Source: a virus (Duplodnaviria; Caudoviricetes). Taken from it: a stretch of DNA of 48,051 nt. Of this stretch, positions 10,371 to 20,526 are shown piece after piece; positions within the stretch are counted from its first letter, which is position 1; the number at the start of each line of letters is the position of its first letter. The notes under the pieces are model-generated. The model had not been told where the DNA came from, did no database searches, and worked only from the letters and a program-made list of their open reading frames with translations. The position numbers were made by a program, and so were the translations under genes. The DNA is taken from positions 1 through 48,051 of the IMG/VR virus record IMGVR_UViG_3300012663_001434; one strand, given 5' to 3'.

Positions 10371-12925
10371 ATAAATTTTTTAAACCATACGACTCTCCGT
10401 TTCCAGCGGGCGTTAAACTTCCTAGCATTAAAATCGAAAAGAAATACTACGATCTTCTCGATTCTCCCGTAGATGTAAGCAACTTCACTTTCTTGAGAAA
10501 GCTTTGCTTCAAGGGAGTCAAGGATCGCGGCATTGATAAGCTTGATAATAAGCAGGAGTATTATGATCGATTGACCATGGAGCTTAACGTATTCAATGAA
10601 CTCGGATTCGTTGATTATGTATTGCTTAACTGGGATGTTATCAACTTTTGTCATGAATCAGGAATTCCAACTGGTGCTGGTCGAGGATCTGCGGCAGGTT
10701 CATTGGTATTGTATGTGATCGGTGTGACAAACATTGATCCAATTAAATACGATCTTTTCTTCGAAAGATTCGTATCAAAAAGTCGTGCCAAAAAAATCAT
10801 TAAAGATGGCGAAGAATTCTTGGATGGCTCGCTTGCTCCAGACGTTGACAATGACATTAGTTATGATCGTCGTCACGAAGTCATTGAATACATCAATAAA
10901 AAATACCAAGGCAAGACATCAAAGATCTTGACCCTTAACACTTTGAGCAGCAAGCTCTGTATCAAAGAGTGCGGTAAGATTGTTGGCGAAATGCAAGAGT
11001 CTGCTGTCAATGAAATCAGCGATACAATTCCTAAGAAATTCGGCAAAGTTGCAAAGCTTGAAGTCGCCTATTCCGAAAGCGAAGCGTTCAAGTCTTTTGC
11101 TAATAAGAATAAAAGGGTATACAGCATTGCCAAAAAAATCGAAGGCTTAAACAAAAATGCTGGTGTTCACCCATCTGGTATTGCAATCAGCTACTATGAG
11201 CTTGAGGATATTATGCCTATTCAAAAGACAGGCGATGATGCTATCGTTTCTGGCTATGACATGAATAATGTTTCAGAATTGACTGTAAAGTTCGATATTC
11301 TTGGACTGCGAACATTGTCTGTGGTTCATGATGTTTGCAGACAGTTGAAAATCAAGGCCAGCGATATTGACTGTAATCATCCTTCAATCTATGCCGCTCT
11401 TCAGGTTTTAAAGGCCCCTAGCGGACTTTTTCAGATCGAAGCTGATACCAACTTCAGAGTTGCTCAGAAAGTCGCTCCTAAGAGCCTAGAGCAGCTATCT
11501 GCGGTTGTTGCTATTGCTCGACCTGGCGCTCTAGACTTCATGGATCGTTATGCCGATTATGCTCGCAATGGTGAGTTCCAATCTGTTCATCCATTTTTTG
11601 ACGATGTTCTTGGCTACACAGGAGGCATTCCTTTGTATCAGGAACAGTTGATGAAGATGGCTGTAAAGGTTGGATTCAGTCTTGATGAATCTGAGCAGTT
11701 GCGCCGAATCGTTGGTAAAAAGAAAGTTGATCAGATGGGAGCTTGGAAAGATAAGATTTCCGAAAAAATCTCAGAAAACAATCTAGACCCAGCAATTGGA
11801 GAAGTGCTTTGGAAAGTCGCAGAAGACTCTGCGAATTATTCCTTCAATAAGTCTCACAGTATTTCGTATGCTTACCTTGCTGCGATTACTGTTTATTTGA
11901 AATTTAATTATCCACAAGAGTTCTTCCTTAGCCTTTTGAAGTTTGCGCAGTTTGAGCCAAACCCTCATGAAGAAATCCACAAGATCACTCAGGAATTGAG
12001 TCAATTTGATATTCAACTGCTGCCGCCTGATTTGTCCAAGTCAGAAATCGATTTCAAAATCGAAGGAAAAAACATTCGATATGGATTGAATACCATCAAA
12101 GGAGTTTCCACTAAAATCCTAGAGTCATTGCTTGAATTCAGAGAAAATGAATTTGAAAACAAATATGAAGTCTTTCTTGCTGCAAAGCAGGCTGGCATAA
12201 ATATTGGCGTTCTTTCGGCTTTGATTCAGGCTGGAGTTCTAGATGGCTTTGTGAAAAATGATCGTTGCCGTTTGGTTCTTGAAGCGCAAACATTCAATAT
12301 CTTAACTGATCGCGAAAAGAGAAATTTTGTAGCGATTGGTGATAAATACAACTGCGATATTCTTGAATCGATTAGTGCTTGCGTAAAAGAGGGATTGACT
12401 GGAGATGATAATAAAAAAATCTTTTCTGAAAAACGTTTCGAAACCTTCAAGAAAAAATACGCGCCTTACAAAGAAATCTATGAGAAAAACCGTAAACATT
12501 TAAAATTCGCTAACTGGCATTTTGAATCTAAACTTTTGGGCTACAGCTATTCGCAAAATATCCGAGAGATTTTTAAATCAGAAATGGGAGGCTTTCTCTC
12601 TTCGTCTGATCAAATCCAATCTCAGGAAAACAACAGTATTGTTCGATTCGTTGGAACCGTGAATGATGTGATCTCAAGAACCAGCGCGAATGGAAACAAA
12701 TACGCAAGAATTGAGGTTGCTGACGAAAGTGGAAATTTGACAGCTTTAATGCTTGATTCCGCCAGAGATGCGAGGTATACCAATTACATCAAATCTGGCA
12801 AGGTGATGCCAAAAAAAGGCGGCATCGTAATTTTTAGTGGCAAGAAAAACAATGATATTGTCATTATTGAGAAAATGTCCTTGCTTGAAGATAAAATTTA
12901 TATGAAGCTCTCAGAAGTAAAATAA
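10367..12925 (+). CDS. dnaE: DNA polymerase III alpha catalytic subunit (lacks PHP)
   Basis: GRGSAAGSLV, FERF, PDVDND, GVHPSG, KFDILGL, YQEQLM, YSFNKSH, C-terminal OB fold. Confidence 0.95.
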   Translation: MNKFFKPYDSPFPAGVKLPSIKIEKKYYDLLDSPVDVSNFTFLRKLCFKGVKDRGIDKLDNKQEYYDRLTMELNVFNELGFVDYVLLNWDVINFCHESGIPTGAGRGSAAGSLVLYVIGVTNIDPIKYDLFFERFVSKSRAKKIIKDGEEFLDGSLAPDVDNDISYDRRHEVIEYINKKYQGKTSKILTLNTLSSKLCIKECGKIVGEMQESAVNEISDTIPKKFGKVAKLEVAYSESEAFKSFANKNKRVYSIAKKIEGLNKNAGVHPSGIAISYYELEDIMPIQKTGDDAIVSGYDMNNVSELTVKFDILGLRTLSVVHDVCRQLKIKASDIDCNHPSIYAALQVLKAPSGLFQIEADTNFRVAQKVAPKSLEQLSAVVAIARPGALDFMDRYADYARNGEFQSVHPFFDDVLGYTGGIPLYQEQLMKMAVKVGFSLDESEQLRRIVGKKKVDQMGAWKDKISEKISENNLDPAIGEVLWKVAEDSANYSFNKSHSISYAYLAAITVYLKFNYPQEFFLSLLKFAQFEPNPHEEIHKITQELSQFDIQLLPPDLSKSEIDFKIEGKNIRYGLNTIKGVSTKILESLLEFRENEFENKYEVFLAAKQAGINIGVLSALIQAGVLDGFVKNDRCRLVLEAQTFNILTDREKRNFVAIGDKYNCDILESISACVKEGLTGDDNKKIFSEKRFETFKKKYAPYKEIYEKNRKHLKFANWHFESKLLGYSYSQNIREIFKSEMGGFLSSSDQIQSQENNSIVRFVGTVNDVISRTSANGNKYARIEVADESGNLTALMLDSARDARYTNYIKSGKVMPKKGGIVIFSGKKNNDIVIIEKMSLLEDKIYMKLSEVK

Positions 12926-12928
12926 CTT

Positions 12929-12934
12929 GTGTAA
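12929..12934 (+). promoter_or_regulatory. GTGTAA motif (putative phage promoter)
   Basis: 9 nt before ATG 12944; recurs before six other starts. Confidence 0.5.
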
Positions 12935-12940
12935 AATATT

Positions 12941-15208
12941 ATGATGGACGTTGACAAAATCAAATTTACATCCAGCGCCAGTAGGTCCATGGATCAATTA
13001 AAATCTTTTGTTGAATCAAAAGATCAGAATATCGCAAATGCAATTCATGTTTTTTATCTGTGTTTTAAAAATGCAAACTCAACGTTTCTAGAGTTCATCG
13101 AATCTAGGGGAATTGAATTGACCTCAAGCAAGATCGAATATGTGATAGATAAATTCACTATCAAAAATCCTGACAAATTTGTTAGCGAAACTGTTTCATA
13201 CAGAATTTGTGAATCCATCAATTCCCTCATCAGAAAAGCATTTAAAACAGCAAATAAATATGAACATTGCTACGTTGGAATTGAACATTTAATATATTCA
13301 TTTTTGGAAGAAAATGATGATTTTTGTGAAGCTCTTTTGCAAAATAATATTGATACTGAACATTTGAAGCTATCATTGCTTGCATTTATTTCTGGAGAAG
13401 AATCGGAATTTCCATTTCATATTGATTTTGAGGATGAAGAAGAGGAAGATGATGAAGAAGAAAACTTTTCTGGAAGTTATTTAGAAAAATACTGCACTCT
13501 TTTTAATGTTACCGCAAATGATCCATCTTTCCCACGAATCTCTGGAAGAGATAAACAAATCTCCTTGATGGAAGAAATTCTTTGCAGAAAGAATAAAAGT
13601 AATTGTATTCTTGTTGGAGAAGCTGGAACTGGAAAAACAACTATTGTCGAAGGTCTTGCTCAATTGATTGAGACAGAAGGATACAATGGTCCACTAGCTA
13701 ATAAAAAAGTTTTCTCTTTGGATCTTGGATCGCTTGTCGCTGGAACAAAATACAGAGGACAGTTTGAAGAACGTTTTAGCAAGCTGCTTAATGAGTTAAA
13801 GGAAAGAAAAGATGGAATTTTATTCATCGATGAAATCCACACAATCATTGGGACTGGCAGCAGAGAAGGATCGCAGGATTTGGCTAACATGCTAAAGCCA
13901 GCATTGGCAAGAGGCGAGATTATGTGTGTTGGCGCTACAACTTCGACAGAATATAAAAAATACTTTGAAAAAGATGCCGCACTTGCTCGTCGTTTTCATG
14001 CTATCAATGTCGATGAGCCAGAACTTGTTTATGTTTTGGAAATGTTGAAAACATCGTTGCCTAGTTATGAGGCTCATCACAACGTAGTATTCCCAGAAAA
14101 AGTTGCGATTGCTGCTGCGAAGATGTGTGAGATTTATCTACCAAATCAAAGATTCCCAGACAAGCTATTTGATGTCGTTGATCAATCTGCTTCAAAAACA
14201 AGAATCAATTCGCCATCTGCAAAATCAAAAGTTACTATCAATACTGTTTGTGAAGTTATCGCTGATAAAATCAATGTTGATGTCAATACCATTAAAGAAT
14301 CTCAGCATAAAACATTCGCAGAATTCGAAGAAAATGTAAACAAAAATATCTTTGGTCAAGAATCGAATATCTCGAAAATCTACGATATTCTTGCTTGCGC
14401 TAAGGCTGGCTTTCAAAATAAAAATAAACCAATCTCAAGCTTTTTCTTTGTTGGTCCAACAAGCGTTGGCAAAACTTATGCTGCCAAGCAAATCGCCAAA
14501 GAATTCTATGGCAATGAAAAAAGCTTCCTTCAATTGAACATGAGTGAGTATCAAGAACAAGCTTCTATCTCAAAATTGATCGGGGCAAGTGCTGGATACG
14601 TTGGCTATGAAGATGGCGGTCTACTCACAGAATTTGTCAGAAAAAATCCAAACAGTTTGATTCTTTTTGATGAAGCTGAAAAGTGTAACCCAAATGTTTT
14701 GAACTTGCTGCTTCAAATCTTGGATGAGGCAAAATTAAATGACAATTTAAATAGAACTGTTGACTTCTCTCGCTGCATTGTTGTCCTTACCAGCAATATT
14801 GGCGCTGACACAAGCTCAAAAAAACAAATGGGCTTTATTTCTGAAGACGTATCAGAAGAGCAGAATTATGAAAAATCAGTTGAAAAAATGCTTCGACCTG
14901 AATTGATTTCTCGCATTGATCAGGTTGTAGTGTTTAAATCTCTTGAAAAAGATTCTATTGTAAAAATCTTTGATTCTAAATTGTCAGAAGTAGCGCAGAA
15001 CCTCAATCAAAAAGGAATCTCTGTGACATTTGAATTCGCTGGAGAAGATCTTTTCTCTTTGAATGCAGGATCTCAGGATCATGCGCGACAAGTAAAAAAG
15101 GTTGTTCGTCAAAAAGTTGAAATTCCTTTGGCAAAATTTATTATTAATAATCCAAAACAGAAGAATTTCTCTGCAAAAATGCTTGACGGAAAACTGAACG
15201 TGTGCTAA
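12941..15208 (+). CDS. ClpA/ClpC-like double AAA+ unfoldase
   Basis: Clp N-domain (EHL), GEAGTGKT/FIDEIH, GPTSVGKT/FDEAEK, MGF ClpP-docking-type loop, no middle coiled-coil. Confidence 0.9.
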   Translation: MMDVDKIKFTSSASRSMDQLKSFVESKDQNIANAIHVFYLCFKNANSTFLEFIESRGIELTSSKIEYVIDKFTIKNPDKFVSETVSYRICESINSLIRKAFKTANKYEHCYVGIEHLIYSFLEENDDFCEALLQNNIDTEHLKLSLLAFISGEESEFPFHIDFEDEEEEDDEEENFSGSYLEKYCTLFNVTANDPSFPRISGRDKQISLMEEILCRKNKSNCILVGEAGTGKTTIVEGLAQLIETEGYNGPLANKKVFSLDLGSLVAGTKYRGQFEERFSKLLNELKERKDGILFIDEIHTIIGTGSREGSQDLANMLKPALARGEIMCVGATTSTEYKKYFEKDAALARRFHAINVDEPELVYVLEMLKTSLPSYEAHHNVVFPEKVAIAAAKMCEIYLPNQRFPDKLFDVVDQSASKTRINSPSAKSKVTINTVCEVIADKINVDVNTIKESQHKTFAEFEENVNKNIFGQESNISKIYDILACAKAGFQNKNKPISSFFFVGPTSVGKTYAAKQIAKEFYGNEKSFLQLNMSEYQEQASISKLIGASAGYVGYEDGGLLTEFVRKNPNSLILFDEAEKCNPNVLNLLLQILDEAKLNDNLNRTVDFSRCIVVLTSNIGADTSSKKQMGFISEDVSEEQNYEKSVEKMLRPELISRIDQVVVFKSLEKDSIVKIFDSKLSEVAQNLNQKGISVTFEFAGEDLFSLNAGSQDHARQVKKVVRQKVEIPLAKFIINNPKQKNFSAKMLDGKLNVC

Positions 15209-15219
15209 TATATTCGTAT

Positions 15220-15450
15220 ATGAGTAACAAAAGCAAGAATAAGAACCAAGGAAACATTGTTAATGCGATGAAGAGCAGCAAGGGTCGATTTTTCAGCCTT
15301 ACTACCAAGTCTGGTGATCGAATTAGCGCTCAGTTCGTTGATGAAACCCCACAAACTGTTGTCATTTATGATCGCAACCGTTTCCTTTATCGTAGATTGA
15401 ATAAGACTAGCCTTCAGCGCTTCTCTATGGGAAGCCTTCAGTTGAGTTAA
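15220..15450 (+). CDS. Small basic hypothetical protein
   Basis: ORF preceded by a TTGACG promoter-like site and followed by a terminator. Confidence 0.65.
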   Translation: MSNKSKNKNQGNIVNAMKSSKGRFFSLTTKSGDRISAQFVDETPQTVVIYDRNRFLYRRLNKTSLQRFSMGSLQLS

Positions 15451-15471
15451 TAAAAATTCAATTCTTATTTG

Positions 15472-15502
15472 AAAACCTCAGTCGAAAGACTGGGGTTTTT
15501 TT
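15472..15502 (+). terminator. Intrinsic terminator
   Basis: AAAACCTCAGTC-GAAA-GACTGGGGTTTT followed by a T-tract. Confidence 0.85.
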
Positions 15503-15514
15503 GTATCATAAAAT

Positions 15515-16567
15515 ATGAACTTTGAATCTATTTATAAATCTCGACCCTTCCTTTTTGAAGGGCAAAAAGATGATGTTGGCGGCGGCGAACAGATCATTGA
15601 ACACATCATTCAAAACTCCGAAATTAAAAGCGCAGATTCAATTAAATTTCTTTGCTCTAATTATGACTATGATGCTTATTTAGTAGTTAAAAACAAAATT
15701 GGGTATTGCATAAAATATAGTCTTGATCCTAATAACACATGTCTAAAAAATGAAGCAGAAGCCCTCAAAAATCACTCTTTGATTCATCCTAAACTATTTG
15801 CATGTGACAAGATCAGATTCGGTGACGTTATTAACTATTCAATCATTTCTTTCGAGTTTGCAGAAAATGTAAAAGATTTTGGTTTGGCTAGTTTGATCGA
15901 GAACTGGGATTCTTTTTTTCATATCTATTCTCATTTGAGCGAAAAGAATGCTCAACTTTCTTTTTTTGAATATTTGAATTCTTTTTACGCAAGCTCAGAT
16001 GTTAACAATTTTCCTGAAGATGCTTTGGCGGCGATAAAAGACTATTATGATTTTGCCGTTTTAGAAGATCTGCTCAAGTCGGTTCGAATTGAAATCAATC
16101 AGCTATGCAAGCCTTCTTTGATTAAGAAGCAGCAATTCTGCCATGGCAGATTACAGCCTTCAAATATTTTAACTAGAAATGGCGAGTTTAAAATAATTGA
16201 TTTTACAGATTGCCATGCTGGTAATCAATACTTAGACTTGGCTAGATTATCTATCTATTTAGGCTTAGACTCTAATAAGGAAAAAGAAATGCTATCATCC
16301 TTCTTAAAGCCTCAAGAATTAACTAAAGAAAATTGGCAAGAATATAGATCCTGCTATGATATTGCTATTCGCCTTGCTTTCATAGAGCTAGTCACTACTT
16401 TTCTAAAAGAAGTGTATATTTTTTCTTCATTCAGACCCGCCAAGATACTTTCAATTATTGAAATCTTCTCTAAGAATAATGCGGCATTTTTTAGATTACC
16501 AGTTATAAGCAAACATTATCAATTTGTTTACGAGATGATGTTGGAGCCTTTGATTGGTAAAGAATAA
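15515..16567 (+). CDS. APH/choline-kinase-fold protein with degenerate catalytic motif
   Basis: FCHGRLQPSNIL..IIDF..G...LDLA; HGD replaced by HGR. Confidence 0.7.
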   Translation: MNFESIYKSRPFLFEGQKDDVGGGEQIIEHIIQNSEIKSADSIKFLCSNYDYDAYLVVKNKIGYCIKYSLDPNNTCLKNEAEALKNHSLIHPKLFACDKIRFGDVINYSIISFEFAENVKDFGLASLIENWDSFFHIYSHLSEKNAQLSFFEYLNSFYASSDVNNFPEDALAAIKDYYDFAVLEDLLKSVRIEINQLCKPSLIKKQQFCHGRLQPSNILTRNGEFKIIDFTDCHAGNQYLDLARLSIYLGLDSNKEKEMLSSFLKPQELTKENWQEYRSCYDIAIRLAFIELVTTFLKEVYIFSSFRPAKILSIIEIFSKNNAAFFRLPVISKHYQFVYEMMLEPLIGKE

Positions 16568-16569
16568 AA

Positions 16570-19056
16570 TTATCTTTGTGTTGTAAATTCAATTCCAATA
16601 TAATCAACGATGATTGATTTTGCAACTGCTCCGCTATCGACAATAATTCCAATGTATGGTTGAATTTGTCCATTTCCACCATTCCAACTTGCATGTGTTA
16701 CGGTATTATTATAAATTGTATTCCACACAGGAACATTCCAAGGAGCAGTTGCAATATGAATAGCAGTGCCTGTAGCTGATGGCCTACCCCAACTTACTTT
16801 ATATCGTGTTCCAGAAGCAAAATTACCACCAGATAATCCTGTGATAAGCAACATATTATCGACATTATTTCCTCCTTGTGTTTTCTTAGTTAACCATCCG
16901 CCGCTTGCAGGCGTATATTGAATATAATCAGTAGATCCACCACCTGCAAATCCCATGAAAAATGTTATATTTGTAGGATCTGGAATTGCAAATAATGAGT
17001 GCATATATCCACTTACTGCATTTGTTCCATTTGTTACTAATCTGGCGTTCGCACTGGCTCCACTACTAGCAGTCGTAGTCAATTGAATCAGGCCATAAGC
17101 TAAATTCGAATTTGAAACAATACCTGTAGGATTTGAAATTGCTCCAGCAAAATACCATCCGTGAGTTCCAACATAACTAGAGTTGGCATTCTGTGCTGGG
17201 AAATCTTCAAAAATCTTATACATTGGAGGAGGGCCTCCAAATGTAGGAAATGGAGTTGTCATAACCTGTGTAGCAATAAATGTTGAATCGGTGCTGGCAG
17301 GGGTTTGATTTGGAATTCTATTAGATGCTCCACTACCAACAATATTATTTGTAAAAGTTTTTACCCCAGAAATATTTTCATCACCAGTTACATTTACATA
17401 AAGAGAATCAGCAGAATTGGCAGTTAAAAATGATCCTGTTTCAGATTTTAAAGCATAAGATCCAGTGCCATTATTTAAATCAGATATTTGAGATTGTAGA
17501 ACTCCACTTATGCCTGTTGTATAAACTATTGTGCTATAATTCGAAAGATCTACCCCTGTTATGAATCCACTTGGATTTGATGCTGCATAAAATGCACCAG
17601 TTTGGCTAGTTGTAACAAATGAACCTGTTTCAGACTTTAAAGCATAAGAGCCAGTTTGATTATTAAGAGTAGTTATTCTTGGATCTAAATAACCACTCAA
17701 AGCATTGATTTGCTCAACTGATCCAATCGTAGGTAATGATGATAAATCGCTTGCTCTTGTAGAAATTCCAAATTTAAATTTATCAGAGTGATCAAATCCA
17801 ATAATAGGACCATAATCATTAATGCCAGTCAATCCAGAACCAGTAACGAAGAATATGCCACCATCAGTTGCGCCTCCAGTCAAGTTCAAGATAATATATG
17901 GACTTTGAACACTGAAATTGTTTGTAGATACAATTGTTTCGCTACCAGTAACATATAAACGGTTAATATAAACATCGTTACTGAATGTTTTGGTTCCATA
18001 AACCGTTTGATTTCCACTCGATGAGACAAATCTATTATCAGCGGCACCAGTGGTTAAGAAGTTCCCAGTCTGGCTTTGCAAAACGTAACTGCCAGTTTGA
18101 GAATTTAATCCATTTATTTGTGATTGCAAGCCTCCGCTTATTCCTGTTGTGTAAGAAATGGTGCTATAATTTGACAAATCAACTCCAGTTATGAATCCAG
18201 AAGGATTAGAGCGAGGATAAAATGCGCCAGTCTGATTGACAGTAATGAAGTTGCCTGTTTGAGATGACAAAACATAGCCGCCTGTTTGATTATTGAGGTT
18301 AGTTATTTGAATTTGTAACGAACCGCTTGCTCCAGTAACATAAGCTTGAGTGGCATATGAAGATAAATCGACGCCAGTAATATAACCACTAGGATTTGAT
18401 GATGCATAAAATGCACCAGTTTGACTTGTGGTAACGAAATTACCTGTTTGAGAAGGTCTTACCACATCACCTGTTACATATGCAGACAAGTCAACTCCTG
18501 TGATATAACCAGATGGATTAGAACGAGGATAAAAATCTCCTGTTTGCGATGGACGAACTACGTCCCCCGTAACATATACAGAAGTATCTAAACCAGTGAT
18601 AAATCCAGAAGGATTAGATGCTGGATAGAATGCGCCAGTTTGATTAGTTGTGACGAAATTGCCAGTCTCAGATGGGCGCACAACGTCGCCTGTAACGTAT
18701 GCAGACAGATCTACGCCAGTGATGTAACCAGAAGGATTAGAACGTGGGTAGAAAGCGCCTGTTTGGCTTGTAGTGATGAAGTTGCCAGTCTCAGATGGAC
18801 GCACAATATCGCCAGTAACTAAATTAAAATACTGACCAGAAGAAAGGTGATAATACTGACCAGATTGCCCGCCATTCAAGCCTCCCAATAAATTGTGTAA
18901 TAATTCGTCACTTCCGCCAGATTGGTGAGTTACCGAATGATTGGTGATGCCTTGATTGAGCGTGATTGGATTGATGTATATATTTTCGCCAGTGTCATTA
19001 ACGTTGACATTGGTTGGACCTTCTTGAACTACATTTATGACAATTTGATCGCTCAT
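16570..19056 (-). CDS. Tail fibre / virion structural protein with Ser/Thr/Gly-rich repeats
   Basis: Six copies of TG(A/D)FY..SNPSG(Y/F)ITG.D; TVYGTKTF and ISGVKTF fibre motifs. Confidence 0.75.
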   Translation of the reverse strand: MSDQIVINVVQEGPTNVNVNDTGENIYINPITLNQGITNHSVTHQSGGSDELLHNLLGGLNGGQSGQYYHLSSGQYFNLVTGDIVRPSETGNFITTSQTGAFYPRSNPSGYITGVDLSAYVTGDVVRPSETGNFVTTNQTGAFYPASNPSGFITGLDTSVYVTGDVVRPSQTGDFYPRSNPSGYITGVDLSAYVTGDVVRPSQTGNFVTTSQTGAFYASSNPSGYITGVDLSSYATQAYVTGASGSLQIQITNLNNQTGGYVLSSQTGNFITVNQTGAFYPRSNPSGFITGVDLSNYSTISYTTGISGGLQSQINGLNSQTGSYVLQSQTGNFLTTGAADNRFVSSSGNQTVYGTKTFSNDVYINRLYVTGSETIVSTNNFSVQSPYIILNLTGGATDGGIFFVTGSGLTGINDYGPIIGFDHSDKFKFGISTRASDLSSLPTIGSVEQINALSGYLDPRITTLNNQTGSYALKSETGSFVTTSQTGAFYAASNPSGFITGVDLSNYSTIVYTTGISGVLQSQISDLNNGTGSYALKSETGSFLTANSADSLYVNVTGDENISGVKTFTNNIVGSGASNRIPNQTPASTDSTFIATQVMTTPFPTFGGPPPMYKIFEDFPAQNANSSYVGTHGWYFAGAISNPTGIVSNSNLAYGLIQLTTTASSGASANARLVTNGTNAVSGYMHSLFAIPDPTNITFFMGFAGGGSTDYIQYTPASGGWLTKKTQGGNNVDNMLLITGLSGGNFASGTRYKVSWGRPSATGTAIHIATAPWNVPVWNTIYNNTVTHASWNGGNGQIQPYIGIIVDSGAVAKSIIVDYIGIEFTTQR
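17540..18815 (-). repeat. Intragenic degenerate repeats encoding (VTGDVVRPS)..TG(A/D)FY..SNPSG(Y/F)ITGVDLS
   Basis: Repeated in the translation, with synonymous divergence between copies. Confidence 0.85.
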
Positions 19057-19391
19057 GTATTTTGTGTGATATTTTTAGTAACGTATACAGGACCATATAA
19101 AAGTCTGTCTGGACACTCACCTGTTTTATCTGCAAATAAGTCCCAACTGCAAGGAGCCAAATCAATAGCGTCTGTTTGAGCGCCACTTAAACTTATTTTA
19201 GCTATACCGCTTGGAATGCTTAAAATTTCTGTTTTGAACACGGCTTGTAGCTCATTATCAAAATCCCTTCTAATTTGCCCAGTTAAATTCACCCCGCTCA
19301 AATTGTAGACAGATCCATTCTTTTGGATAGTCAATGTCAGATTAAAACATGATCTTTGTTCAATACTTATGCCTGTGTATGCCGCACTCAT
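19053..19391 (-). CDS. Small virion-associated protein (baseplate upper protein N-terminal-like)
   Basis: IEQ..F.LTL...YNLSG..GQIRR...ISLS...T pattern; coupled to the fibre gene. Confidence 0.5.
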   Translation of the reverse strand: MSAAYTGISIEQRSCFNLTLTIQKNGSVYNLSGVNLTGQIRRDFDNELQAVFKTEILSIPSGIAKISLSGAQTDAIDLAPCSWDLFADKTGECPDRLLYGPVYVTKNITQNT

Positions 19392-19455
19392 CAAAGAATA
19401 TTACACTATTCTTGAGCGAGGTAAAAATTAAAATTGCTCCAATATAAATAAATCA

Positions 19456-19857
19456 TTAAAGCCAGTCAATTTCGTCCTCAGAATATTTGCAAGTTAGCTC
19501 TTCTCCTATTTTGATGTCACGCAAAGCATAGTATGTATCGTTTTCTTTATTATGAAAAAGATTAGGATCTTCAGAATGATTAACGAAATACGCAGATCCA
19601 ATATTATTAATTAAGCAGTCAATCCAAAATCCATATTCATTGTGATTGCAGATTTTTTTAATGTAACTTACAATAGATGAATTGTCAGAGATTTCTTGCC
19701 ACGTTATAAAACAGTTTTCTTGGGGCTGAAAAACAATTTCGTCTTTGTATATTTCTGTCAAACTTTGAACTCCAACTCCCGCCCCTACAATCGAGCTTGG
19801 TATTAATTGAGTAATTATTCCATTAAGTGTTTGAATTATTTTCTGTTTTTTGTTCAT
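19456..19857 (-). CDS. SET-domain protein (putative lysine methyltransferase)
   Basis: SSIVGAGVGV, FVNHSEDPN, YALRDIKIGEELTCKY. Confidence 0.85.
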   Translation of the reverse strand: MNKKQKIIQTLNGIITQLIPSSIVGAGVGVQSLTEIYKDEIVFQPQENCFITWQEISDNSSIVSYIKKICNHNEYGFWIDCLINNIGSAYFVNHSEDPNLFHNKENDTYYALRDIKIGEELTCKYSEDEIDWL

Positions 19858-20473
19858 GAGAGAATTCTGTCATATAGCTATAATCAGTAAATAGTGTTTT
19901 TTTATTTTCTACGCTATAAATATTAAGATCAATTTTATATCCAGGATTTTTAGAGATTGGCTGATCGACCCAAGCATTATCATGCCAAACAATTCTATTA
20001 TTGGGATAAGCATAAAAATTACCATTATCCATTTTAAAAATATGAGCGCATTTGTGTTCTGGCGTTTCAGAAAAATTAGTGTCTAATATGCTTTTATTTT
20101 CCCAAGACCAATCTAAAGTAAACATGTATTCACCAGCTTCTTTTACATTGTCTGGATTGATAAGTAGCGCTCGCAATCCTTTCATTCTAGTTCTAATTTG
20201 AACATCAATATAAGGACTAAAACAATCCCAATACATAGCTCGTTCCAATGGAACTGGATCGCACTCTTTCCAGCAAAATGCGGTGATTGGTCTTCTTGTC
20301 CAATTGACACCATTATTTAAAAAAGCTTCAAATAAAGGAACTCTCTTCTCAATTGATGCAACAGAATGAACATCACAAGGAGTATATTCTCCATGTCCTT
20401 TTTCATGATTAAATAAATATTCGTTACGAATTAAACAGGTAATTGTTGGGATGTTATGATTCAAATACGCCAT
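19823..20473 (-). CDS. Phage hypothetical protein
   Basis: Long ORF with GTGTAA motif upstream, overlapping the SET gene. Confidence 0.7.
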   Translation of the reverse strand: MAYLNHNIPTITCLIRNEYLFNHEKGHGEYTPCDVHSVASIEKRVPLFEAFLNNGVNWTRRPITAFCWKECDPVPLERAMYWDCFSPYIDVQIRTRMKGLRALLINPDNVKEAGEYMFTLDWSWENKSILDTNFSETPEHKCAHIFKMDNGNFYAYPNNRIVWHDNAWVDQPISKNPGYKIDLNIYSVENKKTLFTDYSYMTEFSHEQKTENNSNT

Positions 20474-20526
20474 ATATAATCTTACACTTTAAGTAGAATT
20501 TTCGCGCTGTCTATTTAAAATCAAGC

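Noticed and set aside
3824-12925. Inteins or group I introns in recA, dnaB or dnaE
   Set aside because: Lengths are normal or short; no splicing motifs or interruptions seen
17540-18815. CRISPR array or DGR template/variable repeats
   Set aside because: In-frame protein repeats with synonymous divergence; no reverse transcriptase
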